From Bacillota bacterium (GTDB lineage Bacteria; Bacillota; SHA-98; UBA4971), in contig DUSX01000034.1 in NCBI GenBank assembly GCA_012842395.1, positions 388,650 through 452,649 on the forward strand: a stretch of DNA of 64,000 nt, written 5' to 3'. The position numbers and the translations under genes were made by a program. Every line of letters begins with the position of its first letter. Positions within the stretch are counted from its first letter, which is position 1. The notes under the pieces are model-generated. The model saw nothing but the letters and a program-made list of their open reading frames with translations. It made no database searches and had not been told where the DNA came from. Shown piece by piece: positions 9,955-20,333 of this stretch.

Positions 9955-11025
9955 TTACGCGGGCACGTACACTTTACGAATCTTGCCCAGTTTCTCGATT
10001 CTTTCTTCCGCGAGCCGGGCCGCCGCCTTGTACGTCGGAATCCCGTCCCGCTCCGCTATCGCTATCACCTTCAGGACGTTGTCATAAATGCCCGCCGCTT
10101 TGCGCAAGGCCCTTTCCCTGTTGTAACCGTAGAATTCGTCAGCGACGTTTATCACTCCTCCCGCGTTGATGATATAATCGGGCGCATAGAGTATCCCTGC
10201 ATCCTCCAGGGCGTCGCCGTGCCGATCCTCTTTGAGCTGGTTGTTCGCGGCCCCGGCCACGATCTTGCACTTAAGCCTCGGGAGCGTCTCGTCGTTTATC
10301 ACCGCGCCAAGGGCACACGGGCAAAACACGTCACACTCGACATCGAACACCTTGTCATAGGGAACGGGCTTCGCCCCGAAATCGTCAGCCGCCTTCTTGA
10401 CCCGGTCCTCGTAGATGTCGGCGATGTATACCTTCGCCCCTTCCTCGACAAGATACCTCACCACATGGTAGCCCACGTGGCCCACTCCCTGGACCACGAC
10501 GGTCTTGTCTTTGAGCGAGTCGCTTCCGAAGACCTCCAGCGCACAAGCCTTCATGCCGCGCACGACCCCGAACGCCGTGACGGGCGACGGGTCGCCACTT
10601 GAGCCGGTCGTCGCAGATAGACCCAGCACGTGGTCGGTCTCCATGTGCACGGTCTCCATGTCTTCCACACTCACGCCCACATCCTCGGCCGTGATGTACC
10701 GTCCGCCGAGCGTATCCACGAACCTCCCGAACGCGCGGAAGAGCGCCTCTGACTTGTCTTTGCGCGGATCTCCGATGATAACCGCTTTGCCCCCGCCGAA
10801 ATCGAGGCCGGCAGCGGCATTCTTGTACGTCATACCCCGGGCGAGTCGCAAGGCGTCGGTGAGCGCCTCCTCTTCGGACGAGTAGGGCCACATCCTACAC
10901 CCGCCGAGGGCAGGGCCGAGGGTTGTATCATGAATCGCTATGATGGCCCGCAGCCCCGAGACCTCGTCGGTCGCAAAGACCACTTGTTCAAACCCGTAGC
11001 GTCCCATCTCTTCAAAGAGCTTCAA
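9955..11025 (-). CDS. ldh: Leucine (branched-chain amino acid) dehydrogenase, Glu/Leu/Phe/Val DH family
   Basis: …[81 protein letters not shown] matches the leucine dehydrogenase N-terminus. True start is TTG at 11025 with AGGAGG 8 nt upstream ([14 protein letters not shown]). The upstream 75 aa of the track ORF are spurious. Confidence 0.85.
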   Translation of the reverse strand: MKLFEEMGRYGFEQVVFATDEVSGLRAIIAIHDTTLGPALGGCRMWPYSSEEEALTDALRLARGMTYKNAAAGLDFGGGKAVIIGDPRKDKSEALFRAFGRFVDTLGGRYITAEDVGVSVEDMETVHMETDHVLGLSATTGSSGDPSPVTAFGVVRGMKACALEVFGSDSLKDKTVVVQGVGHVGYHVVRYLVEEGAKVYIADIYEDRVKKAADDFGAKPVPYDKVFDVECDVFCPCALGAVINDETLPRLKCKIVAGAANNQLKEDRHGDALEDAGILYAPDYIINAGGVINVADEFYGYNRERALRKAAGIYDNVLKVIAIAERDGIPTYKAAARLAEERIEKLGKIRKVYVPA

Positions 11026-11138
11026 TTCCGGATCTCCTCCTTTGGGCGCGTCCGTATTCCTCCAGGTGTCAACCTGGGTAACGCCGCATCCCGACAAGCT
11101 GGCAATCCCGACAAGCCGACCCCTTCCGATCCCCCACC

Positions 11139-12050
11139 TCACCTCGACAGAAGCACTCCGAGGGCGAGCGAGTACACCTTCGCCATGTGAGAGTCGGACC
11201 TCGACGTGACCACCACGGGCGCCCTCGCGCCCACCACGACGCTCGCAGCGCACCCGCCTGCAAGATAGACGAGCGCCTTGTAGAACACATTGCCCGTCTC
11301 GATGTCCGGCACGATGAGTATGTCCGCTCGGCCGGCGACCGGGCTCGAGATGCCCTTATGGTTCGCAGCTGCAGCCGATATGGCGTTGTCCAGCGCAAGC
11401 GGACCGTCCACGATCGCTCCTTTGATCTGCCCGCGTTCAGACATCTTGGCGAGACACGCGGCATCGATGGTCGCGGGCATGTCGGGATTCACGTTCTCCA
11501 CAGCCGCCAATGCCGCAACGCGCGGTTCCGCGATTCCGAGCGCATGCGCCACGTCAATGGCGTTCTGCGTGATCTGCGCTTTCTCAGCAAGCCCGGGCGC
11601 GATGTTCATCGCTCCGTCGCTGAAGATGAGGAGACGCTCGAACCTGGGCACTTCGAACACAGACACGTGCGAAAGCAGTCGCCCTGTACGAAGACCGACC
11701 TCCTTGTCAAGAACCGCCCTGAGAACATCCGCCGTGCTCACAAGCCCCTTCATCAGAAGGTCCGCCTTCCCCGCGCTGACCATGGCAACGCCTGCGCGAA
11801 CCGCCGCAAGTGTGTCCCTCTCCTCCACGAGCTCGTGGGACGACAGGTCGATGTCGCTTTCGGCGGCGGCTTTGCCTATGGCCACGGGATCCCCAATGAG
11901 GATACACCTCGCTATCCCCCGCCGCGACGCCTCGTCTGCTGCCAGGAGCACTTCCGGGTCTGCTGCAGCCACCACGGCGCACGTCCTCGGGCCCACCTCC
12001 CTCGCCGCCTTCGCGAGGTCATCAAGGCTCCTTATGACTCCGGCCCCCAA
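11139..12050 (-). CDS. ptb: Phosphate butyryltransferase (phosphate acyltransferase)
   Basis: …[36 protein letters not shown]…[17 protein letters not shown]…[17 protein letters not shown] aligns along its length with Clostridium Ptb. Probable TTG start at 12050 (AAGGGGGG, then 6 nt). The track ORF extends to 12092. Confidence 0.85.
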   Translation of the reverse strand: MGAGVIRSLDDLAKAAREVGPRTCAVVAAADPEVLLAADEASRRGIARCILIGDPVAIGKAAAESDIDLSSHELVEERDTLAAVRAGVAMVSAGKADLLMKGLVSTADVLRAVLDKEVGLRTGRLLSHVSVFEVPRFERLLIFSDGAMNIAPGLAEKAQITQNAIDVAHALGIAEPRVAALAAVENVNPDMPATIDAACLAKMSERGQIKGAIVDGPLALDNAISAAAANHKGISSPVAGRADILIVPDIETGNVFYKALVYLAGGCAASVVVGARAPVVVTSRSDSHMAKVYSLALGVLLSR

Positions 12051-12063
12051 ATCCGTCCCCCCT

Positions 12064-13134
12064 TCATTCGTAAGTCCCAAGCTCCTCCTCACCGCGAAGG
12101 ACTCTGAAAGCCCCCATTGCGAGGGCTTCCATCTCTCTCTCGCCCGGATAGACCCTTACCTCGGCGATGAATTCGATCCGACTCCGGATCATGTCCACGA
12201 GACGGGTCGCATTCGCGAGGCCTCCCGTTATGAGAACGGCGTCCACGTCGCCAGCGAGCACGCAAGCCATCGCACCGATCTCTTTGGCCACCTGATAAGC
12301 CATTCCCTCATACACGAGCCGCGCGAACTCATCACCGCGGGCGATTCTCGCTTCGACCTCGACCGCGTCTGACGTCCCAAGATAAGCCGCGATGCCCCCT
12401 CGTCCAACGAGTCTCCTCACGAGCTCCTCTCTTGTGTACTTGCCGGAATAGGCGAGCCGGACAAGCGGGACCACAGGCACCCCACCCGCCCGCTCCGGAC
12501 TGTAGGGACCCTGCTCATTGGCGTTGTTCACGTCGATGATGCGCCCGCCACGGCACGCCGCCACAGATATGCCCCCGCCCAGGTGCGCGACGATGTAGTT
12601 TGCGACATCGAGGTCCGCCTGCATCTCCCGCGCCGCCTGCCTCAGCGTGGCCTTGATATTCAGCGCGTGGCTCAGACTGCGCCTGGGAAGCTCCGGCAGG
12701 CCCGACACCCTGGCCAGAGGCTCGAACTCGTCGCACGACACCGGGTCCACTACATAGGCCGGCACGCCCCAGGCGTCCGCTATCGCGCGGGCGATGATGC
12801 CCCCGAGGTTCGAGGCGTGGGGCCCTTGCACCTGGTTCCGAAGGTCCTCCAGCATCCTGTCGCTCACGACGTAAGTGCCGCCGGCGCAAGGCCGCAAAAG
12901 ACCACCACGAGCCACGACCGCCGCGACCGAATCCGGTTCCACGGCCGCCTCCTTCAGGGCGGCAATGACCTCGGACAGTCGATACTCGAATTGGTCCATG
13001 ATGCTGGAAAACGAGGCGAGCGTTTTGTGATCGTGGACAAGCTTCCTCTCGAAAAGCGGACCGGACGGGGTGTACAGGGCAATCCTGGTGGCAGTGGAGC
13101 CGGGATTAATCACGAGGACCTGCAACGTTTCCAC
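12064..13134 (-). CDS. buk: Butyrate kinase paralog
   Basis: METLQVLVINPGSTATRIALY... GTG start. Second acetate/butyrate-kinase family gene in the same operon. Confidence 0.85.
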   Translation of the reverse strand: METLQVLVINPGSTATRIALYTPSGPLFERKLVHDHKTLASFSSIMDQFEYRLSEVIAALKEAAVEPDSVAAVVARGGLLRPCAGGTYVVSDRMLEDLRNQVQGPHASNLGGIIARAIADAWGVPAYVVDPVSCDEFEPLARVSGLPELPRRSLSHALNIKATLRQAAREMQADLDVANYIVAHLGGGISVAACRGGRIIDVNNANEQGPYSPERAGGVPVVPLVRLAYSGKYTREELVRRLVGRGGIAAYLGTSDAVEVEARIARGDEFARLVYEGMAYQVAKEIGAMACVLAGDVDAVLITGGLANATRLVDMIRSRIEFIAEVRVYPGEREMEALAMGAFRVLRGEEELGTYE

Positions 13135-13248
13135 CTTCAGATCGTCTCCCGCCGCAGACCCGGGCAGGCCTGCCAGGTTGTCGGCTTGTCGCCAGCCTGT
13201 TCATGTGGGCCGAGAGGCCTTGCGCGCGGTGGCCGTAAGTTGATCCCA

Positions 13249-13264
13249 TGCAAGTGTCATGCCA
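13249..13264 (-). promoter_or_regulatory. Sigma-54 (-24/-12) promoter for the buk2-ptb-ldh-buk-oxidoreductase operon
   Basis: Minus-strand sequence TGGCATGACACTTGCA equals TGGCAT-N5-TTGCA, with correct GG-N10-GC spacing. About 100 nt upstream of the buk2 start. Confidence 0.5.
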
Positions 13265-13337
13265 TTCCCCTCGACGACCCTGATGCCCGCGATCGCCCGC
13301 AGACCAGGCAGCGCCGGCCGGATGACGGCAGGCTGCG

Positions 13338-13384
13338 TGCAAATCCGTGCAGTCCTCGCGGGCCGCGGCGTGCAAAAGATTGCA
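13338..13384. promoter_or_regulatory. Two candidate enhancer (UAS) sites, TGCA-N6-TGCA
   Basis: TGCAAATCCGTGCA (13338-13351) and TGCAAAAGATTGCA (13371-13384). They lie 75-120 nt upstream of the sigma-54 promoter, the typical position for an enhancer-binding protein. Confidence 0.4.
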
Positions 13385-13630
13385 CGCCGTCGGTCCCTCG
13401 CTTCCCTTCATACATACGAGGCGCACGAGCGGCCCTTGAGTCGGCCAACGAACCACGGGGTTCGTCCAAGCCCGCATCAACCTCGCACGTAAAGCCGGGC
13501 CGCACGCTCATCCTTCGCCCGCTTTTTGAAGGGATCGAGTCCTAGACGCAGAAAGATTCAAGGGATGCAAGGGATGCGCCAGCGCTTTCCCAAAGCGCAA
13601 ATCAGATCCGTAACGGAAGGGGGCATGCTG

Positions 13631-14479
13631 ATGGACGTCACGAGGCTCGCGGTGATCGGTGCCGGACAAATGGGGTCCGGTATAGCACAAGTGGCTGCGG
13701 CGGCCGGGGTCCAAGTAGTCATGTTGGACGTCTCGGAAGACCTCGCGCGAAGGGGTCTCGTCGCCGTCGAACGGGGGCTCTCCCGGGCGGTTGAGAAGGG
13801 CAAGATGGGACCCGAGGAACGGGACGCAGCGCTCGCACGGATCCGCGTCGGGGCAGACCTTTCCCTCGCGTCCGACGCCGACGTGGCGATCGAGGCTGTC
13901 ACGGAGAACGTCGATATCAAGAAGGATGTCCTCCGGAGGGTGGACGACCTCCTGCCGCCCAGGAGCATCATAGCCTCCAACACGTCTTCCATATCTATCA
14001 CGCGGCTTGCGGCCGCCACGAAACGGCCGGAGAAGGTCATCGGCATGCATTTCATGAATCCTGTTCCTGCCATGAAACTGGTGGAGATCATATCAGGCCA
14101 GGCCACTTCGGACGAGACGAGAAGGGACGCCTGGGCCCTCGCGGAAAGGATGGGGAAGACCCCCGTGTCGGTCTCCGACTACCCTGGGTTCGTCTCCAAC
14201 AGGCTCCTCATCCCCATGATCAATGAAGCAGCGTATTGCCTCATGGAAGGCGTTGCATCCCGTGAGGATATCGACACCGTGATGCGGCTCGGCATGAACC
14301 ATCCTATGGGCCCACTCGCCCTCGCCGACCTCATCGGGCTCGACACGTGCCTGTACATCATGGAGATCCTCTACGAGGGTTTTGGGGACCCGAAGTACCG
14401 GCCGTGTCCCCTCCTCCGCCGAATGGTGGACGCCGGGTGCCTGGGCAAAAAGACAGGGAAAGGGTTCTACACATATTGA
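13631..14479 (+). CDS. hbd: 3-hydroxybutyryl-CoA dehydrogenase (NAD-dependent 3-hydroxyacyl-CoA DH)
   Basis: MDVTRLAVIGAGQMGSGIAQVAAAAG... Rossmann N-terminus plus a C-terminal 3HCDH domain. ATG at 13631 with an 8-nt spacer after GGAAGGGGG. Track ORF is over-extended to 13526. Confidence 0.8.
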   Translation: MDVTRLAVIGAGQMGSGIAQVAAAAGVQVVMLDVSEDLARRGLVAVERGLSRAVEKGKMGPEERDAALARIRVGADLSLASDADVAIEAVTENVDIKKDVLRRVDDLLPPRSIIASNTSSISITRLAAATKRPEKVIGMHFMNPVPAMKLVEIISGQATSDETRRDAWALAERMGKTPVSVSDYPGFVSNRLLIPMINEAAYCLMEGVASREDIDTVMRLGMNHPMGPLALADLIGLDTCLYIMEILYEGFGDPKYRPCPLLRRMVDAGCLGKKTGKGFYTY

Positions 14480-14502
14480 GGCAGCGATGAGGAAGGGATT
14501 CG

Positions 14503-16302
14503 ATGGCGCAGGCTAAGAAGTTTCGGCTCTCCAACAGGGAACTCGAGGTCATATTGAACTCCACCCACGACGGGATGATCGCTGTGGACCGCCACGGTCT
14601 CATCACCATCTTCAACGCGGCCGCCGCCCGCATCACTGGGCTCGATCCGGATGAGATGATAGGACGGCGCGCGCAGGATGTGATCCCGAACACCAGGCTC
14701 CACGTGGTGCTGGAGACGGGCCAGGCCGAGTTGAACCAGCAACAGGTGTTAGGTGGGGTCAAGATCATCACCAACCGCGTGCCTGTAAGAGACGCCGAGG
14801 GCAGAGTGATCGGTGCGGTTGCGGTTTTCCGGGACATCAGCGAGGTCATCTCGCTCGCTGAGGAGATCACGAACCTGCGCCAGATCCAAGGCCTCCTGGA
14901 GGCCATAATCAATTCAACTCAGGACGCGATCTCGGTCGTGGACGAGAACGGCATGGGGCTCCTGATCAACCCCGCGTACACCCGTCTGACCGGACTCACC
15001 GAGGAGGACGTCATCGGCAAGCCGGCCACCACCGATATCGCGGAGGGTGAGAGCATGCACATGAAGGTGCTTCGCACGCGGCTTCCCGTGCGGGGCGCCC
15101 ACATGAAGGTCGGCCCGCGAAAGAAAGAGGTCATAGTCCATGCCGCGCCCATCATCGTTGATGACAAGCTCAAGGGGAGCGTGGCTGTGATTCACGATAC
15201 ATCCGAGATCCGGAGGCTCACCGAGGAGCTTGACAGGGCGAAAAGGCTCATCAGGCGGCTCGAGGCCAAGTACACCTTCGACGACATAGTCGGCGTAAGC
15301 CCGAAGATGGCACGGGCAATCGAACAAGCCAGGCGCGTGGCCGCGACGCCGGTCACCGTTCTCCTGAGAGGGGAGAGCGGAACCGGAAAGGAGCTCTTCG
15401 CACACGCCATCCACAACGCGAGCGACCGGGCACGAGGCCAGTTCATAAGGGTGAACTGCACGGCGATCGTAGATACGCTCCTCGAGTCGGAGCTCTTCGG
15501 CTACGAGGAAGGCGCTTTCACGGGCGCGAAGCGAGGCGGGAAGCGCGGCCTCTTCGAGGAGGCGAGCGGCGGGACCATCTTCCTGGACGAGGTGGGGGCC
15601 ACGAACCTCGCGCTGCAAGCCAAACTGCTGCGAGTCCTTCAGGAGAAGGAGATCGTGCGGGTCGGTGACACACGTCCCATACCCGTGGACGTCCGCGTGA
15701 TAGCCGCCACCAACACCGACCTCGAGAAGGCCGTCCGCGAGGGGCGGATGCGGGAGGATCTGTACTACCGGCTCAATGTGGTCCCCATTTTCATCCCACC
15801 CCTTCGGGAGCGCATCGAAGATATTCCTCTCCTGTGCCACAGCCTGATACGTCGGTTCAACCAGGCTTACGGGAGAAACGTGAGCCGCATCTCAGAGGAG
15901 GCCCTCGACATCCTCGCCGAGTACGATTGGCCGGGGAACGTGAGGGAGCTCGAGAACGTTCTTAGCCGCGCCATCATCAACATGCACTTCAGCGAGGTAG
16001 AGATCCTGCCGCGCCACCTGCCCGCCCTGGGCAGGTTCCAGCAGGGTCTTCAGGCGTGGCAAGCAGGCCAGGCAGTCCCGGGGAAGGGCTCCGAGGCCGA
16101 AGCAGAAGCCGAGGCGCTCGGGCGGGGCGGGCCATCCGCACAGGGCGTCCCAAGCCTTCGCGAGGCCGTCGAGCATGCCGAGAAACGGGCCATCCTTCGT
16201 GCCCTTCAGGCCTCAAAGGGCAGCAAGACCGCGGCCGCGAAGCTGCTCGGCATAGGCCTCCGCAGCCTCTACTACAAGATCAAGCGTTATCACATCTCGT
16301 GA
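14503..16302 (+). CDS. Sigma-54-dependent transcriptional activator with two PAS domains and a C-terminal Fis-type HTH
   Basis: Walker A GESGTGKE, GAFTGA motif (EEGAFTGAKRGG), ...WPGNVRELEN..., C-terminal TAAAKLLGIGLRSLYYKIKRY. N-terminal PAS repeats. Confidence 0.85.
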   Translation: MAQAKKFRLSNRELEVILNSTHDGMIAVDRHGLITIFNAAAARITGLDPDEMIGRRAQDVIPNTRLHVVLETGQAELNQQQVLGGVKIITNRVPVRDAEGRVIGAVAVFRDISEVISLAEEITNLRQIQGLLEAIINSTQDAISVVDENGMGLLINPAYTRLTGLTEEDVIGKPATTDIAEGESMHMKVLRTRLPVRGAHMKVGPRKKEVIVHAAPIIVDDKLKGSVAVIHDTSEIRRLTEELDRAKRLIRRLEAKYTFDDIVGVSPKMARAIEQARRVAATPVTVLLRGESGTGKELFAHAIHNASDRARGQFIRVNCTAIVDTLLESELFGYEEGAFTGAKRGGKRGLFEEASGGTIFLDEVGATNLALQAKLLRVLQEKEIVRVGDTRPIPVDVRVIAATNTDLEKAVREGRMREDLYYRLNVVPIFIPPLRERIEDIPLLCHSLIRRFNQAYGRNVSRISEEALDILAEYDWPGNVRELENVLSRAIINMHFSEVEILPRHLPALGRFQQGLQAWQAGQAVPGKGSEAEAEAEALGRGGPSAQGVPSLREAVEHAEKRAILRALQASKGSKTAAAKLLGIGLRSLYYKIKRYHIS

Positions 16303-16522
16303 GTCCTTAGGTGGGGAACGAATCAGTCGAACGAATCAGTAGAGGGGACATAAGCATGTCATGGTCCCGCGGGCGATAGCCCCAGGGGCGTTCCGGCGCG
16401 CCCCCCGCTCAACGCGTCAGCGTCGGGTGGGCGTTTGGGCAAGGCGGGCGCGCTATTCCCGTTCCCGTTCCCATTCCCGGGGCCTCGTGTGTTCGTTCTC
16501 CGCGACCTTGCTTTCGGCGACC

Positions 16523-18694
16523 TTACTTTCGGTGCCTGTACCCGCCGTGCTGTTCCGGCCGCCTTGGTGCCCCCGGCCTGCGCCCAGCCTCCAACGCGTG
16601 ATCTCTCGGGAGCACGTCCTTGCGCGACAGGTTTATCCGGCCCTGCCGGTCTATCTCGGTCACCTTGACCTCGATGGTGTCGCCCACCTTAACGACGTCT
16701 TCGACCCTGGGCACGCGCGTGTGCGCAAGCTCGGAGATGTGGACCAGACCCTCTCTGCCCGGGAGTATCTCCACGAACGCGCCGAAGTTCATTATGCGGG
16801 TCACGGTCCCCGTGTACACCTTTCCGACCTCGACCTCTGCGGTGAGATCCTCGATCATCTTCCTCGCTTTCGCTCCCGCCGTCTCGTCCACGGCCGCGAT
16901 GAAGACCCGCCCATCATCCTCGATATCGATCTTCGCACCGGTCTCGTCGATGATGTGTCGTATGACCTTGCCGCCGGGCCCGATAACGTCGCGGATCTTC
17001 TCCGGGTCGATGTTCATCCGTATGATCCTGGGGGCGTATGGTGAAAGCTCCTTGCGCGGCTCGGGTATCACCTCGAGCATCTTGCCGAGTATGAAGAGCC
17101 GTCCCTCCCTAGCCTGGGCAAGCGCTTTCGCCAGGATATCCCTGGTTATCCCGGGGATCTTGATGTCCATCTGGATGGCGGTGACCCCGCGTTCGGTGCC
17201 CGCCACCTTGAAATCCATGTCTCCGAGGGCGTCCTCGATGCCCTGAATGTCGGAGAGGATGACGACCCGGTCGCCTTCCTTGACGAGCCCCATGGCGATC
17301 CCCGCAACAGGCCGCTTGATTGGGACTCCCGCGTCCATGAGCGCGAGCGTGGACCCGCACACGCTGGCCTGTGAAGTGGAGCCGTTCGATTCGAGCACTT
17401 CCGATACGAGCCGGATCGTGTATGGGAACGTCTCCTCATCCGGGATCATCGCCGCAAGCGCTCTTTCAGCAAGTGCACCGTGGCCTATCTCGCGCCGACC
17501 CGGACCCCTCATGGGCCGCACTTCCCCTACGCTGTAGGGTGGGAAGTTGTAGTGGTGCATGTAGCGCTTGGACTCCTCTTCACCCAGCCCGTCGAGGAGC
17601 TGCTCCTCCCCGATTGCCCCCAGCGTCACGCTGGTAAGCACCTGCGTCTGGCCCCGGGTGAATAGCCCTGACCCGTGCACTCTTGGAAGCACCCCAACCT
17701 CGCACGATATCGGCCGGATCTCGTCAACCCTGCGCCCGTCAGGCCGGTAACCCTCCTCAAGGATCATCTTCCTGACCTCTTCCTTGACGATCTTGTCAAG
17801 GACCATGGTGACGTCCTTCTCGTACAACGCGAAGTCGGCGCCGAGGCTCTCCCTCATCTCCTCGACCACAGCCATCTTTACAGCGTCGGTCCGTTCCTCG
17901 CGCGCAAGCTTGTCTTCGCTCTTGAGCGCGTCACGCAACTCGGCTGTGGCCCGCTCTCTCACCTTCGCCTCGATGTCCGGATCGGGCTTGTACAGGGTGA
18001 CCTCTCGCTTGGGCTTCCCGCACACGGCCACGAGCCCTTCGATGAAGTCGACGATCCCTCGGATAGCCTCATGGCCGAACATTATCGCCTCGAGGATGAC
18101 GTCTTCGGGCACTTCGCTTGCGCCCGCTTCCACCATGAGGATGGCGTCTTTGGTTCCCGCAACCACAAGCGAGAGATCGCTCTTGAGGGATTGTTCGAGG
18201 GTCGGATTGATCACGAGCTGCCCATCGACCCTGCCGACTCGAACCCCGCCGATGGGCCCTCGGAACGGAATGTCGGAGATGCTAAGCGCGGCCGACGCGC
18301 CGATCATCGCCGTGACGTCGGGCTCGCAGTCCTGCTCCACCGACATCACCGTGCAGACCACCTGTACGTCGTGCCTGAACCCTTCGGGGAAGAGCGGCCT
18401 TATCGGCCTGTCGATCATGCGGGCTGACAGAGTGGCGACCTCCGAGGGCCTTCCCTCTCTCTTTATCCACCCGCCGGGAATCTTGCCCACAGCGTAGAGT
18501 CTCTCTTCATAGTCCACGAGAAGCGGGAAGAAGTCGATGCCTTCCCGGGGCTCCTTCGACATGCACGCTGTGACGAGCACGACTGTGTCGCCGTACCGGA
18601 CTAACACAGATCCGTTAGCTTGTTTCGCAACCTTCCCGACCTCAAGCGAAAGTCTCCTCCCGCCCAGAATCATATCCAGGCAGTGGTGTTCCAT
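16523..18694 (-). CDS. pnp: Polynucleotide phosphorylase (PNPase)
   Basis: Two RNase PH domains, KH (…[24 protein letters not shown]…) and S1 (…[20 protein letters not shown]…). Classic rpsO-pnp arrangement. Confidence 0.9.
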   Translation of the reverse strand: MEHHCLDMILGGRRLSLEVGKVAKQANGSVLVRYGDTVVLVTACMSKEPREGIDFFPLLVDYEERLYAVGKIPGGWIKREGRPSEVATLSARMIDRPIRPLFPEGFRHDVQVVCTVMSVEQDCEPDVTAMIGASAALSISDIPFRGPIGGVRVGRVDGQLVINPTLEQSLKSDLSLVVAGTKDAILMVEAGASEVPEDVILEAIMFGHEAIRGIVDFIEGLVAVCGKPKREVTLYKPDPDIEAKVRERATAELRDALKSEDKLAREERTDAVKMAVVEEMRESLGADFALYEKDVTMVLDKIVKEEVRKMILEEGYRPDGRRVDEIRPISCEVGVLPRVHGSGLFTRGQTQVLTSVTLGAIGEEQLLDGLGEEESKRYMHHYNFPPYSVGEVRPMRGPGRREIGHGALAERALAAMIPDEETFPYTIRLVSEVLESNGSTSQASVCGSTLALMDAGVPIKRPVAGIAMGLVKEGDRVVILSDIQGIEDALGDMDFKVAGTERGVTAIQMDIKIPGITRDILAKALAQAREGRLFILGKMLEVIPEPRKELSPYAPRIIRMNIDPEKIRDVIGPGGKVIRHIIDETGAKIDIEDDGRVFIAAVDETAGAKARKMIEDLTAEVEVGKVYTGTVTRIMNFGAFVEILPGREGLVHISELAHTRVPRVEDVVKVGDTIEVKVTEIDRQGRINLSRKDVLPRDHALEAGRRPGAPRRPEQHGGYRHRK

Positions 18695-18724
18695 TACAAA
18701 TCGTTCCTCCTCAAGCTGTCGCTG

Positions 18725-18994
18725 CTACTTCCTGAGGCCGAGCCTATCGATGATGGCGCGATACCTTTCGATATCCTTCTCCTTAAGATAGTTAAGGAGA
18801 TTGCGCCGTTGACCGACCATCTTGAGCAGCCCTCTTCTCGAATGATGATCCTTCCTGTGCTCCTTGAGGTGCTCCGTGAGGCTGTTGATCCTCTCGGTGA
18901 GGATCGCGATCTGCACCTCCGGAGACCCCGTGTCTTTCTCGTGAAGCCTGTACTTTTCTATGATCGCCTGTTTCTCGCCGGCGGGTAGAGCCAC
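18725..18994 (-). CDS. rpsO: 30S ribosomal protein S15
   Basis: 89 aa. [64 protein letters not shown]. Confidence 0.9.
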   Translation of the reverse strand: MALPAGEKQAIIEKYRLHEKDTGSPEVQIAILTERINSLTEHLKEHRKDHHSRRGLLKMVGQRRNLLNYLKEKDIERYRAIIDRLGLRK

Positions 18995-19268
18995 GCCGAT
19001 CCACCTCCTTGAACCCTATCCCCCCATCGCCAAGAAACCCGTCGGAGGCTCGAGGAATCCTAGCGCTGGGTTCATCTTGTTCTGCGGCGGCATCGGGATT
19101 GCCGCCACGGACCAATTCTATCATACAACAGATCCGTTGTAAACGACGCGCGGCGCGCTCGCGGCTCACGGCTCCTGCGACTCCACCTCCGCGGCGCAGC
19201 CGCCATCTCGCCGCAAAGTGGGTGTGGGTCCCAAAGGTCCGACCCACTAAAGGTCACGCCTTCCGCAG

Positions 19269-20279
19269 TCAGCTTGGGGCCGTCTTGTCCCCGTTCACGC
19301 TCGCACCGGCCGCAGCGGCCATCGTCCTATCGTCAGTATTCCCCATGTGGAACGAAGAGAGCACCTTTCGAGCGTTCTTCACATCGTTGGCGATCTGGGA
19401 CGCAAGGGCGAGCGGCGAGCTGAACCTCATCTCGTCGCGGAGCCTCTCGATGAAGGACACCCTCATGGTCTCGCCGTAGAGGTTGCCTGCGAAATCCATG
19501 ACGAACACCTCGATGCCGGTGACCCGGCCGTCGAACGTGGGGCGCACGCCCACGTTGGCCACCGCCTGAAAGCATCCGCCCCTGACCTCCGCCAATACCG
19601 CGTATACCCCTCGCGCAGGAACGGCCATCGTCGAGCCGATCCCGATGTTCGCCGTGGGATATCCCAGGGTTCTGCCTCGCCCTTCGCCGGGAACGACCGC
19701 CCCCTTCACGGAGAACGGCCTGCCGAGCATGGCCCGTGCACCCGCCACGTCGCCCCGGGCAAGACGCGCCCTGATCTCTGTGCTGCCCACCGGCACGCCG
19801 CCGACGGAGACCGGCTGGGCGATCTCCACGTCAAACCCGTACTTCTGCCCGAGCTCAGCGAGGACGGTCGCAGTGCCGCGTGCCCGCCACCCGAAGGTGT
19901 AGTTGAACCCGACGACCGCCGCCGTCGCGCGTAGCCCGTCGACCAACACCCCGCGAACGAATTCTTCAGGCGTGGCGCGCGCGAACGCCTCGTCGAAACG
20001 CGCTATCACCGCAAGCTCGACCCCTGTCGCCTCGATGAGGGCCAGCTTGTCCCCAGTGTCCGTGAGCAGGGCAGGGGCGAGCTGGGGCCGGATCACTTGA
20101 AGCGGATGCTTATCGAAAGTGAAAGCCACGGCGCGTGCTCCGCAGCGCTTCGCACGGACCACGCACCGCCTGAGTATCTCCTGATGCCCGAGGTGCACGC
20201 CGTCGAACGTTCCGAGCGCGACTACAGACCTTGGAACATCGATGGCGTCAAGTTGCGCAAGATCCTGTACGACTCTCAC
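19269..20279 (-). CDS. ribF: Bifunctional riboflavin kinase / FMN adenylyltransferase
   Basis: …VVALGTFDGVHLGHQEIL… (FAD synthetase) plus a C-terminal riboflavin kinase domain (…GYPTANIG…). Confidence 0.85.
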   Translation of the reverse strand: MRVVQDLAQLDAIDVPRSVVALGTFDGVHLGHQEILRRCVVRAKRCGARAVAFTFDKHPLQVIRPQLAPALLTDTGDKLALIEATGVELAVIARFDEAFARATPEEFVRGVLVDGLRATAAVVGFNYTFGWRARGTATVLAELGQKYGFDVEIAQPVSVGGVPVGSTEIRARLARGDVAGARAMLGRPFSVKGAVVPGEGRGRTLGYPTANIGIGSTMAVPARGVYAVLAEVRGGCFQAVANVGVRPTFDGRVTGIEVFVMDFAGNLYGETMRVSFIERLRDEMRFSSPLALASQIANDVKNARKVLSSFHMGNTDDRTMAAAAGASVNGDKTAPS

Positions 20280-20333
20280 TGAAGACCTCCTAACCCCGGC
20301 TGGGCAATCCGTCGACCTCTTGCCCGCGCCCGA

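Noticed and set aside
11026-11253. N-terminal 75 aa of the leucine dehydrogenase track ORF ([15 protein letters not shown]…)
   Set aside because: Homology begins exactly at a TTG with a perfect AGGAGG RBS ([14 protein letters not shown]…). The upstream part is Arg/Gly-rich junk that overlaps the intergenic space after ptb.
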